Assembly: GCA_963792415.1 (NCBI GenBank)
Contig: CAWBVY010000001.1
Coordinates: forward strand, 224,001 to 288,000
Origin: Candidatus Deferrimicrobiaceae bacterium
GTDB lineage: Bacteria > Desulfobacterota > Deferrimicrobia > Deferrimicrobiales > Deferrimicrobiaceae
DNA: 64,000 bases
Direction of reading: 5' to 3'
Of the stretch, positions 20,318-29,877 are shown piece after piece (the first letter of the stretch is position 1; each line of letters begins with the position of its first letter). Position numbers and translations under genes: made by a program. The notes under the pieces are model-generated. The model was given only the letters and a program-made list of their open reading frames with translations. It did no database searches and was not told the origin of the DNA.

Positions 20318-21115
20318 TCAGCCGTGAAATTGCAGGTAGAAGCAGAGGGCCGCGAGGCAGGCGGTGTACGGGGCGAAGCGATGGAAGCGCCCCTTCACGA
20401 CGAGGCGCTCGACCAGCAGGAGAGCGATGTACCCGACGACGAGGGCCACGAGAAACCCCGCGACGGACAGGGTGACGCCCGGCAGGTGGGAGACCCCTTT
20501 CATCATGGTGAAGAGGGCCCCGCCGAGGATCGCCGGGATGGAGATGAGAAAGGAGAACTTCGCCGCGCGGCGCGGGGCGATCCCCAGCATGAGGGCCAGG
20601 ACGATCGTGGAGCCGGAACGGGACAGTCCCGGGAAGACCGCCAGACCCTGGATGACGCCGATCGCGGCCGCCTCCCACCCGTCGATCCGCTCGGGGTTCT
20701 CCTTGTGGCGGAACCGCAGGTTCGTCAGGAGGAGCAGCGTGGTCAGGACGAGGTAGCGCGCGCCGACGCCCCCGAACGTGAGCCCCGTCTCGACGGTCCG
20801 GTGGAAGGCGACCCCGATGATGCCGGTGGGGATCGAGGCGGCGAGGACCAGCCAGATATCGCGGTGGCCCCACTCCGACGGCGCCGCCCACGGATCCCGC
20901 CGAAACAGGGACGCCACGATCGAGGCGATCTCGAAGCGCAGGAAGAAGAGGACGGCGACCAGCGTCCCGAGGTGGAGCAGCAGGTCGAACGCGAGTTCGG
21001 GCTCGCGGATCCCGAAGAGGCGCTGGGCAAGGAGCAGGTGCCCCGAGCTGCTGACGGGGAGGAACTCGGTCGCGCCCTGGAGCAGCCCGAGAAGGACCGA
21101 CTGGAGGAAGGTCAT
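20318..21115 (-). CDS. uppP: undecaprenyl-diphosphate phosphatase (BacA)
   Basis: QGATEFLPVSSSGH, PGLSRSGSTI. Confidence 0.95.
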   Translation of the reverse strand: MTFLQSVLLGLLQGATEFLPVSSSGHLLLAQRLFGIREPELAFDLLLHLGTLVAVLFFLRFEIASIVASLFRRDPWAAPSEWGHRDIWLVLAASIPTGIIGVAFHRTVETGLTFGGVGARYLVLTTLLLLTNLRFRHKENPERIDGWEAAAIGVIQGLAVFPGLSRSGSTIVLALMLGIAPRRAAKFSFLISIPAILGGALFTMMKGVSHLPGVTLSVAGFLVALVVGYIALLLVERLVVKGRFHRFAPYTACLAALCFYLQFHG

Positions 21116-21125
21116 CGGGAGGGAA

Positions 21126-22496
21126 TCACGCGCGGACCGCCGCGCGGGCGCGCTCCACGGCTTTCTCCATCACGCCGCGGATCCGCCGCACGGCCGCCTC
21201 GTCCCGCCCCTCGAACCGCAGCACGAGCACCGGTTGGGTGTTGGAGGCCCGGACCAGTCCCCACCCTCCGTCGAAAAGGGCCCGGATCCCGTCGACGTCG
21301 ATCACCTCCCGCGCCTGCGGCGCGACGATCCGCGCCACCTCTTCCACCACCCGGAACTTGATCTCGTCGGGGCAATCGACGCGGATCTCGGGGGTGGACA
21401 CGACGGGCGGCAGGTCCGACAGGAGGGCGCTCAACGGACGCCGTTCCTTCGCGAGGATCTCGAACAGCCGCGCGGAGGCGTAGATGGCGTCGTCGAACCC
21501 GAGATACCGGTCCCGGAAGAAGACGTGCCCGCTCATCTCCCCCGCCAGTTCGGCGTTTTCCTCCTTCATCTTCGCCTTGATGAGGGAGTGCCCCGCCTTC
21601 CACATCACCGGGCGCCCGCCGTGCCGCGCGATGTCGTCGTAGAGGTTCTGCGACGACTTCACCTCGGAGATGATCGCCGCTCCCGGCTTGCGCGACAGGA
21701 TCTCCCGCGCGAACAGGACCAGCAGGTAATCCCCGTAGATCACGTTCCCCTTTTCGTCGACCGCCCCGATCCGGTCTGCGTCGCCGTCGTACCCGACCCC
21801 GACATCGGCCCCGACCTCCCTCACTTTTTCCACGAGGGACCGGAGGTTCTCCGGAACCGTCGGGTCCGGGAAGTGGTTGGGGAACCGGCCATCCGGGTCG
21901 CAGAACAGCTCGGTGACCTCCATCCCCATCTCCCGGAACAGGGCGGGGGCCACCGCTCCGCCCGTTCCGTTTCCCGCGTCGACGACCACCTTGAGCTTCC
22001 GCGGGATCGAAAGGTTCTCCGCGACGAACTTCATGTACGCGGGAATGATCTCCCGGGAGACGATTTCCCCCTTCCCTTCGCGGAACACACCCCTCTCGAT
22101 GACGCGCCGGAGCTCCTGGATCCGCTCCCCGTAAAGCGTGCCGGCCCCGACGCACAGCTTGAAGCCGTTGAACTCGGGGGGGTTGTGGCTCCCTGTTATC
22201 ATGACGCCTCCGTCGGCGCCGAAATGGTGGATGGCGAAATAAAGGAGGGGCGTCGGGCAGACGCCCACGTCGATCACCTTCAGTCCGGCGGAGAGGAGCC
22301 CCTCCGCGATCGCATCCCGGAACCCGGGCGACGAAAGGCGGATGTCGCGTCCGAGCGCCACCGTCCGGACGCCGACCAAAGCCGCGAGCGTGGCGTACCC
22401 CTTCCCGAGCAGGACGACCGCGTCCCGGTGAAGATCCCTCCCCACCAGGCCGCGGACGTCGTACTCGCGGAAGATCTGCGGATTGAGCGGCGCCAT
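21126..22496 (-). CDS. phosphomannomutase/phosphoglucomutase (AlgC-like)
   Basis: IFREYDVRG, TGSHNP phosphoserine loop, DGDADR, GEMSGH, VRASNT. Confidence 0.95.
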   Translation of the reverse strand: MAPLNPQIFREYDVRGLVGRDLHRDAVVLLGKGYATLAALVGVRTVALGRDIRLSSPGFRDAIAEGLLSAGLKVIDVGVCPTPLLYFAIHHFGADGGVMITGSHNPPEFNGFKLCVGAGTLYGERIQELRRVIERGVFREGKGEIVSREIIPAYMKFVAENLSIPRKLKVVVDAGNGTGGAVAPALFREMGMEVTELFCDPDGRFPNHFPDPTVPENLRSLVEKVREVGADVGVGYDGDADRIGAVDEKGNVIYGDYLLVLFAREILSRKPGAAIISEVKSSQNLYDDIARHGGRPVMWKAGHSLIKAKMKEENAELAGEMSGHVFFRDRYLGFDDAIYASARLFEILAKERRPLSALLSDLPPVVSTPEIRVDCPDEIKFRVVEEVARIVAPQAREVIDVDGIRALFDGGWGLVRASNTQPVLVLRFEGRDEAAVRRIRGVMEKAVERARAAVRA

Positions 22497-23941
22497 CAGT
22501 CGATGTGGATTTCCATGTAGGCCTTCGCCACGCGGCGTGCGACCTTGGTCCGGTGGGCGGCGCGGGCGACCTCCTTGGCGACCATCACCGGGACTTTCCG
22601 GTTGAACATCGACGGGATGATGTAGTCCTCGGTGAGCTCCTCCTTCCCGACGCAGGAGGCGATGGCGTAGGCCGCCGCCAGCTTCATCTCCTCGTTGATG
22701 CAGGAGGCCCGCGAATCGAGCGCCCCGCGGAAGACCCCCGGGAAGACCAGGGAGTTGTTGATCTGGTTCGGATAGTCGGAGCGGCCCGTCGCCATGACCC
22801 GCACGTACGGCAACGCCTCCTCCGGATGGATCTCGGGATCGGGGTTCGCCATCGCGAAGACCAGCGGGTCCTTCGCCATCTTCTTCAGGTCGTCCACCGT
22901 GATGAGCCCGGGGCCGGCCAGCCCGAGGAACAGGTCCGCTCCCGCCATGATGTCCGACAGCTTCCCCTTCTCGTTGAACGGGTTGGTGTGCGCCGCGTAC
23001 CAGTCCTTCATGAAGTTCATATGCTGCTTGCGTCCCTTGTAGATCGCCCCGATGCGGTCCACGCCGATGATGTTCCGCGCCCCGGCGTTCAGGAAGATCT
23101 TGCTGCACGCCACGCCCGAGGCCCCCACGCCCGCCACCACGATCTTCATGTCCTCGATCCGCTTCTTGACGATCTTCAGGGAGTTCAGCAGCGCGGCCAG
23201 CACGACCACCGCCGTCCCGTGCTGGTCGTCGTGGAAGACCGGGATCCCCATCTCGGCCTTCAGGCGATCCTCGATCTCGAAGCAGCGCGGCGCGGAGATG
23301 TCCTCGAGGTTGATCGCCCCGAAGGTGGGCTCGAGCGCCTTGACGATCCGGATGATCTCCTCGGTGTCCTTTGTCTTGAGGCAGATCGGCCAGGCGTCGA
23401 TCCCGCCGAACTCCTTGAAGAGCATCGCCTTCCCTTCCATGACGGGCATCGCGGCCTCGGGACCGATGTCGCCCAGGCCCAGGACCGCCGTCCCGTCCGA
23501 AACGACCGCGACGGAGTTCCGGCGGGTGGTGAGGGAGAACGACTTCTTCACGTCCTTTGCGATCGCCATGCAGACGCGGGCCACCCCGGGGGTGTACGCC
23601 ATGGAAAGGTCGTTCCGGGTCTTGATCGGAACCTTGGGGTGGATCTCGATCTTCCCCCCCAGGTGCATCAGGAAGGTCCGGTCGGAGACGTTCACGATCT
23701 TTATCCCCGGGATCGCTTTCACGACGTTGATGATCTCCTGGGCATGGTCGAGACCGCGGGCCCGGGCCGTAACGTCCCGGATCACCGTCCCCTTTCCGTG
23801 GCCGGAGAGGTCGACGGCTCCGATGTCGCCGCCCACACTGCCGATCGCGGTGGTAACCAGGCCGAGCATGCCGACCTTGTTCTGGATCTCCAGCCGCATC
23901 GTGATGCTGTAGCTTTCGCTTGGGGCGAGCATTGGTGCCAT
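22496..23941 (-). CDS. NAD(P)-dependent malic enzyme with N-terminal ACT domain
   Basis: YTPGVA, DGTAVLGLGDIG, VMEGKA, NLEDI, HDDQHGT, TGRSDYPNQINN. Confidence 0.93.
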   Translation of the reverse strand: MAPMLAPSESYSITMRLEIQNKVGMLGLVTTAIGSVGGDIGAVDLSGHGKGTVIRDVTARARGLDHAQEIINVVKAIPGIKIVNVSDRTFLMHLGGKIEIHPKVPIKTRNDLSMAYTPGVARVCMAIAKDVKKSFSLTTRRNSVAVVSDGTAVLGLGDIGPEAAMPVMEGKAMLFKEFGGIDAWPICLKTKDTEEIIRIVKALEPTFGAINLEDISAPRCFEIEDRLKAEMGIPVFHDDQHGTAVVVLAALLNSLKIVKKRIEDMKIVVAGVGASGVACSKIFLNAGARNIIGVDRIGAIYKGRKQHMNFMKDWYAAHTNPFNEKGKLSDIMAGADLFLGLAGPGLITVDDLKKMAKDPLVFAMANPDPEIHPEEALPYVRVMATGRSDYPNQINNSLVFPGVFRGALDSRASCINEEMKLAAAYAIASCVGKEELTEDYIIPSMFNRKVPVMVAKEVARAAHRTKVARRVAKAYMEIHID

Positions 23942-24032
23942 GATTCCTCCCTCCGTGAGTTGGTAGTGCGGTATCAACCGGGTATTCTAGGCGGGCCGGA
24001 CCCCGCAATTCAAGGAAATTGCCCTCTCGGTG

Positions 24033-24287
24033 TCACCTCGCCATTTCGCGGCGGTAGACCATCACATCGAACCCCTGGACGTCAACCTCGAAGACGAATT
24101 CCTGAACGGCGCAGGTGAAGAGTTCCCCGTGCTCGTGCGCACCGGGACCGGCGGCGAACGCCCCCATGGCGACGAGCGCGTCGATCAGCCCGCGCACCTC
24201 GCGGAACGTCAAATCCATGGCGGTGATGATGTTGTAGACGCGCCCGTTGTGGTAGATCGGGTACACGTCGAAATCGTCCGATTCCAT
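24033..24287 (-). CDS. small hypothetical protein (84 aa)
   Basis: ATG after AGAGG-like RBS, genome-typical codon usage, fills the gap; no motif recognised. Confidence 0.7.
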   Translation of the reverse strand: MESDDFDVYPIYHNGRVYNIITAMDLTFREVRGLIDALVAMGAFAAGPGAHEHGELFTCAVQEFVFEVDVQGFDVMVYRREMAR

Positions 24288-24400
24288 CCCCTGCCTCTTT
24301 CCGCGCTTCGGTCGTGACAGTCTACCACGCGGGATTGAAAGAACCTTTCCCGTCTGCTACCTTCAATGCACCCGCGTTCCGCGAAAACCGGAGGGATCCC

Positions 24401-25929
24401 TTGCTCATCCAGGACGTCCTCGAGCACAACGCCCGCACCCATCCCTCCCGGCCCGCCCTCGTCTCGGCGAAGGAGGTGGTGACCTACCGGGAACTGCGCG
24501 ACCAGGTCGGAGGCTACGCCGCCGTTCTCCGTTCGGGGGGGATCGGCAAGGGGGACCGCGTCGCGATCCTCGCGCAGAACTCCATCCTCTACCTGGAAGC
24601 CCTTTTCGCGGTGACCCGGGCGGGCGCCGCCCTCGTTCCCCTGAACCACCTGCTGATCGGACGGGAACTTGTCGCCATCCTCGAGAACGCGGATGTGAAG
24701 GCGCTCCTGTTCACGGAGGAGTTCCGCGACCGGGTCGAAGAGATCCGCCCTTCCCTGCCGGGAATCGGCTGCTTCGTGCGCATCGACGATCCGGACCTGC
24801 CGAAGAAGAGAGCGGACGACGTGCCGGATCCGTCTCCCCCGTCCTCGAGACGGACATCGCGATGGTGATCTACGACGGCGGGATATCGAGCCGTCCGCGG
24901 GGAGCGATGCTCTCCCACCGGAACCTGCTGGCCGCCTCGGCCTCCTCGGCGCTCGAGCTTTCCCTGTCGCGGAACGACGTCTTCCTTTCGTGCGCCTACC
25001 TCCCCTTCCTCGGCGGGACGGGGCGGCTCCTGCGATTCCTCTACGTGGGTGCGACGATGGTCCTGCAGCCCGAGTTCGACCCCGAGGAGGCGCTGCGCGC
25101 GATCGAACGCCGGTCCGTGACGCGGGTGCTCCTCACCCCGACGATGATGGCGCAGATCCTCGCCCTCCCCTCCGCGGGGAAGTTCAACCTGTCCACCCTG
25201 AGGACCGTCCTGTACGGCGGCGCGGTGATCCCGCTGGACCTGCTCAAGCGCGCGATCCGGTTCTTCCCGTGCGGTCTCGTCCAGTCCCACGGCCAGGTGG
25301 AGTCCACCGGCATCCTGACGGTCCTTCATGCGGAGGACCACTCTCTGGACGAGGGCACCCCCTACATGCGGAAGCTCATGTCCATCGGGAAAGAGGCGAT
25401 CGGCGTCGAGGTCCGCGTGGTCGACGGGGACGGCATGGAGATCGCCCCGAACGAGGTGGGTGAGGTGGTGGCCCGCGGGCCGAACGTTTTCGAGGGGTAC
25501 CGGAACGACCCGGCCCTCACCGCGAAGGTTTTGCGGGACGGCTGGCTCCGGACGGGGGACGTGGCCTCCATCGACGAGGAGGGGTACATCTACGTCGTCG
25601 ACCGGAAACGGGACACGCTGACCGTCGAGGGGATCTCGATCTCCCCGCGGGAGATCGAGAACATCCTGTGCGAGCACCCCTCCGTGAAGGAGGCCGCCGT
25701 GGTGCCCCGGCCCGACTACGCGATGGGCGAAGTGCCCGTGGCCGTGATCGTGCTGCGGGAGGGAGCGAAGGAGGACCCCGAGGAGATCCTGCGCCACTGC
25801 CGGCGGAACATGGCCCCTTTCAAGGTACCGCGCGCGATCGAGTTCGTGCCCGTCCTTCCGAGGAACGCCCAGGGGAAAGTGCTCAAGGCGAGGCTTCGCG
25901 ACCGCCAGGCGGCCCTGCGGCGCAACTGA
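24401..25929 (+). CDS. AMP-binding long-chain acyl-CoA ligase homologue with non-canonical P-loop; frameshift at 24836-24840
   Basis: GDRVAILAQN, GWLRTGD, VDRKRD, EIENIL, PRNAQGKVLK; adding one C to the C5 run joins the two ORFs. Confidence 0.85.
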
Positions 25930-26511
25930 TCACGCCCCGTTCTTCTCCTCTCCGAACACTTCCGCGGTAAACGCCCGGAGCGTCGCCCCGTGCCTCCACG
26001 CGGAAGGGGGAAGGCCGGCCTTCACGCAGACCTGGTCGAGGAACATCTCCCGATCCCACCCCCACTCGACGGGGACCTGCGGCAGCAGCAGGCCCCGCAT
26101 CCCCTCCTTCGCGACCATCAACCCGTGCCTGCCGATCACGACCTCTTCGGGCCGGATGGGGAACAGGGGGGTGAGGACGGAGATCTCGACGCGCAGGGAG
26201 GGTAGTTCCTCCGGGGAGACGGGGGGAAAGCGCGGATCCTCGGTGGCCGCGGCCACCGCGCACTCCTGAACCACCTTGAAGAGCGGCGCCACCGCCTCGG
26301 TGTAGCCGATGCAGCCGCGCAGCCGCCCGTTCTTCGTGAGGGTCACGAAAGCGGCTCCGTGCGCGGCCAGCTTTCCCCGAACGCCTTCCTCGGGCGGGAT
26401 CTTCCCCGCGCCGAGGTACCCGTCCAACGCCCTCCGGGCGATCCCGAGCAGGCCTTTTCGCTGCGACGCGTCCAGGTACGTCCCGGGCACCGTTCCGACG
26501 GCCTCCGTCAT
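25930..26511 (-). CDS. AMMECR1-domain protein (AmmeMemoRadiSam system protein A)
   Basis: AFVTL..LRGCIG, DPRFPPV, GLLLPQV, KAGLP. Confidence 0.93.
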   Translation of the reverse strand: MTEAVGTVPGTYLDASQRKGLLGIARRALDGYLGAGKIPPEEGVRGKLAAHGAAFVTLTKNGRLRGCIGYTEAVAPLFKVVQECAVAAATEDPRFPPVSPEELPSLRVEISVLTPLFPIRPEEVVIGRHGLMVAKEGMRGLLLPQVPVEWGWDREMFLDQVCVKAGLPPSAWRHGATLRAFTAEVFGEEKNGA

Positions 26512-26530
26512 GGGTTCCCCTCCGCCCGGG

Positions 26531-27652
26531 TCAGGGCTGGGGGCGATACTCCGCCGGAATCGCCTCCTCGTACCCCTCCGGCAGGCTCACGTCGCCCGGG
26601 ATGACGATCTTCGAATGGCAGGCGAGGAACGCGGGGACGATGTCGGGATCGAACTGGGTCCCGGAGCAGCGCCGGATCTCGGCGATTGCGTCGGCAACGG
26701 GGAGCGCCTTCCTGTACGCGCGGGTGGAGGTCATGGCGTCGAAGGTGTCGGCGATCGACATGATACGGGACGCGAGAGGGATGCGGCTCCCCGCCAGGCG
26801 CGAGGGGTACCCCTTCCCGTCGAACTGTTCGTGGTGGTGCAGGATGGCGGGGAGCAGGGGCCGGAAGAAGGGGATCGGTTCGAGGATCCGGACGGCCGTA
26901 TCGGGATGGCGGACGATATCCGCGAACTCCTCGTCCGAAAGCCTTCCGGGCTTGTTCAGGACCGCCTCCCGGACGCCGATCTTCCCGAGGTCGTGCAGCA
27001 TCGACGCCCGGCGAAGGTCTTCCAGCTCCTGCCCCGTCATCCCCAATTCCTCCGCGATGGCCAGGGAGAAGAGCGTCACACGCTGCGAGTGACCGCGGGT
27101 GTAGAAGTCCTTCGCCTCGAGCGCCTTGATCATCGCGTCGATGGACCGGACGTACATCGAGTTGATGGTGTCGGTCTGCTCTTTCACCTTTTCCTCGAGG
27201 TTCGCGCGGTAATCGTCGAGCTGCCGCTCGAGATCCTTCTTGCGCAGCGCATTCTCGATGGTGATCAGCAGGACGTCGAAGTTGAACGGTTTCGTGATGT
27301 AATCGCACGCCCCCATCTTGAGCGCCTGGACGGCGGTGTCGAGTTCGGTGTTGGCGGACATCACGATGCCGGCGGTCCTGGGCCATCTCCTCGCCCACTC
27401 GGAGAGGAGGGTGATCCCGTCCATGACGGGCATCCGGACGTCGGTGAGCAGGACGTCGTACGGGCCGTGGCCGTTTACCGCCATGGCGAGCGCCTCGCGC
27501 CCGTTGGACGCCTCTTCCACGAAATACCCAGCGATTTGGAGGCGTTCCCGGACGATGGCCCGGAGGAATTCCTCGTCATCGACCACGAGGATACTCGCTT
27601 TCGGGGGGCATTCCGTGGCTTCCGGAATGTCGGTTGCATGACCCATGGGCAT
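26531..27652 (-). CDS. response regulator with HD-GYP c-di-GMP phosphodiesterase domain
   Basis: REC (VDDE, TDVRMP, KPF); GHSQRV, HDLGK, HHE..GKGYP; start codon uncertain. Confidence 0.92.
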   Translation of the reverse strand: MPMGHATDIPEATECPPKASILVVDDEEFLRAIVRERLQIAGYFVEEASNGREALAMAVNGHGPYDVLLTDVRMPVMDGITLLSEWARRWPRTAGIVMSANTELDTAVQALKMGACDYITKPFNFDVLLITIENALRKKDLERQLDDYRANLEEKVKEQTDTINSMYVRSIDAMIKALEAKDFYTRGHSQRVTLFSLAIAEELGMTGQELEDLRRASMLHDLGKIGVREAVLNKPGRLSDEEFADIVRHPDTAVRILEPIPFFRPLLPAILHHHEQFDGKGYPSRLAGSRIPLASRIMSIADTFDAMTSTRAYRKALPVADAIAEIRRCSGTQFDPDIVPAFLACHSKIVIPGDVSLPEGYEEAIPAEYRPQP

Positions 27653-27725
27653 CTTATCGTCACCGAATCCTGAAAACTTCACCGGAAAACCGCCGCCGGA
27701 AAAGGGATTCGTTCCGCCGACGAAT

Positions 27726-28766
27726 TCACACATTGAACCGGACGTGTACGATTTCCCCGTCCTTGACGACGTACTCCTTTCCCTCGAGCCGCAGCTTCCC
27801 TTCCGTCTTCGCCTTCGCCATCGAACCGCACCGGAGGAAATCGTCGGAGGAGATGACCTCCGCCCGGATGAACCCCTTTTCCAGGTCGGAGTGGATCTTC
27901 CCGGCCGCCGTCGGCGCGGTGCTCCCCTCCCGAACGTTCCAGGCGCGGACCTCGTCCTCCCCCACCGTGAGGAAGGAGATGTACCGCGTCGCCTCGAAGG
28001 CCCCGCGAACGAGCTGGTCCCGGGCGGACCGCGCGATTCCCATCTCCTTCAGGAAGTCGGCCTGCTCGGCCGGCGACAGCTGGGCGATCTCCTCCTCCAC
28101 CTTCGCGCACAGGCGCACCAGGGGGACCTTCGCCTTCTCCGCCTCCTTCGTCACCTCGGGGTACGTCTCCGCCGCCCCCTCCGCTTCGCCGACGTTCAGG
28201 ATCAGGAGCGTCGGGAGACGACTCACGAACCGGAACCCCGACAGGACCTTTTCCTCCTCGACCGACAGGTCGACGTTCCGAAGGGGAATCCCCCGCTCGA
28301 ACGCCGCGATCGCCTTGTGCAGCGAGGTCCACTCCGCGTCCCGCTTCGCCTCCTTCGTCATCCGCTCGATCCGCTTCTGCGCGACGAGGTAGTCGGAGAG
28401 GACGAGGGCGGAGGAGAGTTCGCGGAATTCCGCCACAGGGTCCAGGCCGCCGGGAGGCGCCGGGTGGAAGTCGTCGGCGAAGGCCCGGACGACCAGCGCG
28501 AGGACCTCGATGCTCCGAAGCTCCGTGAGGGCCTGCGGGGAGAGAAGATCCGTCTCGCCGGCATCGATGTCGTGGAACGCCATCGAGATGTAGGTGACCT
28601 TCTTCGGGTGGAAGATCTCCGCCAGCCGGTCGACCCGCTCGTCCGGGACCTTGATGGCGCACACCCCCGCGCCCTTCCCCTGGGCGCCCGCCTGCGCTGC
28701 GCCCGAAAGCGAACCGAACAGCGTGCTCTTCCCCGATCCCGTGTTTCCGAAGATCCCGACGTCCAC
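27726..28766 (-). CDS. ychF: YchF/OLA1-family ATPase (divergent)
   Basis: GSGKSTLF, VPDERVDRL, NVGE, EVRAW, AGKIHSDLEKGFIRAEV, EGKEYVVKDG. Confidence 0.88.
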   Translation of the reverse strand: MDVGIFGNTGSGKSTLFGSLSGAAQAGAQGKGAGVCAIKVPDERVDRLAEIFHPKKVTYISMAFHDIDAGETDLLSPQALTELRSIEVLALVVRAFADDFHPAPPGGLDPVAEFRELSSALVLSDYLVAQKRIERMTKEAKRDAEWTSLHKAIAAFERGIPLRNVDLSVEEEKVLSGFRFVSRLPTLLILNVGEAEGAAETYPEVTKEAEKAKVPLVRLCAKVEEEIAQLSPAEQADFLKEMGIARSARDQLVRGAFEATRYISFLTVGEDEVRAWNVREGSTAPTAAGKIHSDLEKGFIRAEVISSDDFLRCGSMAKAKTEGKLRLEGKEYVVKDGEIVHVRFNV

Positions 28767-28815
28767 CGTGCTGCCCCCTCCTTAAAATAGCTGTGCCCCC
28801 CGTTCTTCCTACTGC

Positions 28816-28944
28816 GGGGGTACCCCAGGGAGCGCGAGCTCGTACTGGGGCGCCCCCCCTCCTGCGGCGACTCCGCCGGACCCCCCCGTTGCGACTGCCT
28901 TCCGAACTGTCTCCCCGATGCGTTAGCGTGTTTATGAAACGCTA
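28816..28944. repeat. GC-rich multi-hairpin intergenic element (REP/MITE-like or structured RNA)
   Basis: GGGGGTACCCCAG...CTGGGGCGCCCCC stem capped by GAGC-GCGA-GCTC; CGGCG-ACTC-CGCCG; TAGCGT...ACGCTA. Confidence 0.45.
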
Positions 28945-28947
28945 CAC

Positions 28948-29706
28948 TTAGTGATCGTCGGGAATTCCCGCGAGCAGGTCATCCTCGGGCAAGGGTAGCC
29001 CGGGAAGCCGCGTCCTGGCAAGGACGTACGTTTCCTGCCGCGCGAACTCCCGGTAGCCGGGACGCTCGAGGAGCCGCCGCGTGTCCTTCTCCTGGGTCTT
29101 GTGGCAACCGAAGGCGCGGATCTTCGTCTCCACCTGCTCCGAGGTGTCGATGAAGGCGGTGAGCCTCGCCCGCGGAACCCCGGAAAGGGGGGCGTCCCAC
29201 CCCGCGAAGATCTCCTGCGCGATCTCGAATTGGTAGAGCTTGAAGGGCGGCCAGGGGGCGCCGTCTCCGGGATGCCACGTCGGATCGGCGGAGCGGTCGA
29301 AGGCGGACAGCGCCACCTCGCACATGACCTTGTGGTCGGGGTGTCGAGACACCCCGTCGGGGCCGAACCCGACGAGGACGTGGGGCCGAACCCGCCGGAT
29401 CAGCTCGACGGCGCGCTCCACCAGCTGCTCCCGGGGCACGCTCGCCAGCTGCCCGTCGATGAACCCGAGGAAGTGGACCTTCGCGATCCCGAGGATCTCC
29501 GCCGCCGCCATCAACTCCCCGGTGCGGACCTCCCCCAGGTGATCCCGGTCGGTCACGGGGGGATCGCCGACCATCCCGGCCTCCCCCCGCGTCGCCGTCG
29601 CCAGGTGCACCTCCGTCCCCGAACGGGCATACCGGGCGATCGTCCCTCCGGTGCCGAACGTCTCGTCGTCGGGATGGGCCAACAGGAACAGGATCCGTTT
29701 CCGCAT
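28948..29706 (-). CDS. PIG-L/LmbE family deacetylase
   Basis: AHPDDE, TRGEAG, HPDH, HKTQ. Confidence 0.92.
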   Translation of the reverse strand: MRKRILFLLAHPDDETFGTGGTIARYARSGTEVHLATATRGEAGMVGDPPVTDRDHLGEVRTGELMAAAEILGIAKVHFLGFIDGQLASVPREQLVERAVELIRRVRPHVLVGFGPDGVSRHPDHKVMCEVALSAFDRSADPTWHPGDGAPWPPFKLYQFEIAQEIFAGWDAPLSGVPRARLTAFIDTSEQVETKIRAFGCHKTQEKDTRRLLERPGYREFARQETYVLARTRLPGLPLPEDDLLAGIPDDH

Positions 29707-29770
29707 GATCTTCCCCTTTCCGCACAGACTCCTATGATACTTCAGGGCCCGGAAAAGGTTCCGACTCGAC

Positions 29771-29801
29771 AAAAACGAAGGGCGCCGCGGATGCGGCGCC
29801 C
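29771..29801 (-). terminator. intrinsic terminator downstream of amtB
   Basis: GGGCGCCGC-ATCC-GCGGCGCCC stem followed by TTCGTTTTT on the minus strand. Confidence 0.7.
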
Positions 29802-29877
29802 CCCTCCTCCGTCAGGTGAGGTCGGCCCCATCACCCCTGGAGGATCCTGCATTCTTTCCGGCCGAAACCCGGCCGGG

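Noticed and set aside
25927-25932. TGATCA abutting stop codons of convergent genes (also 58847-58852)
   Set aside because: Expected from TGA preference and tight packing in a high-GC genome.
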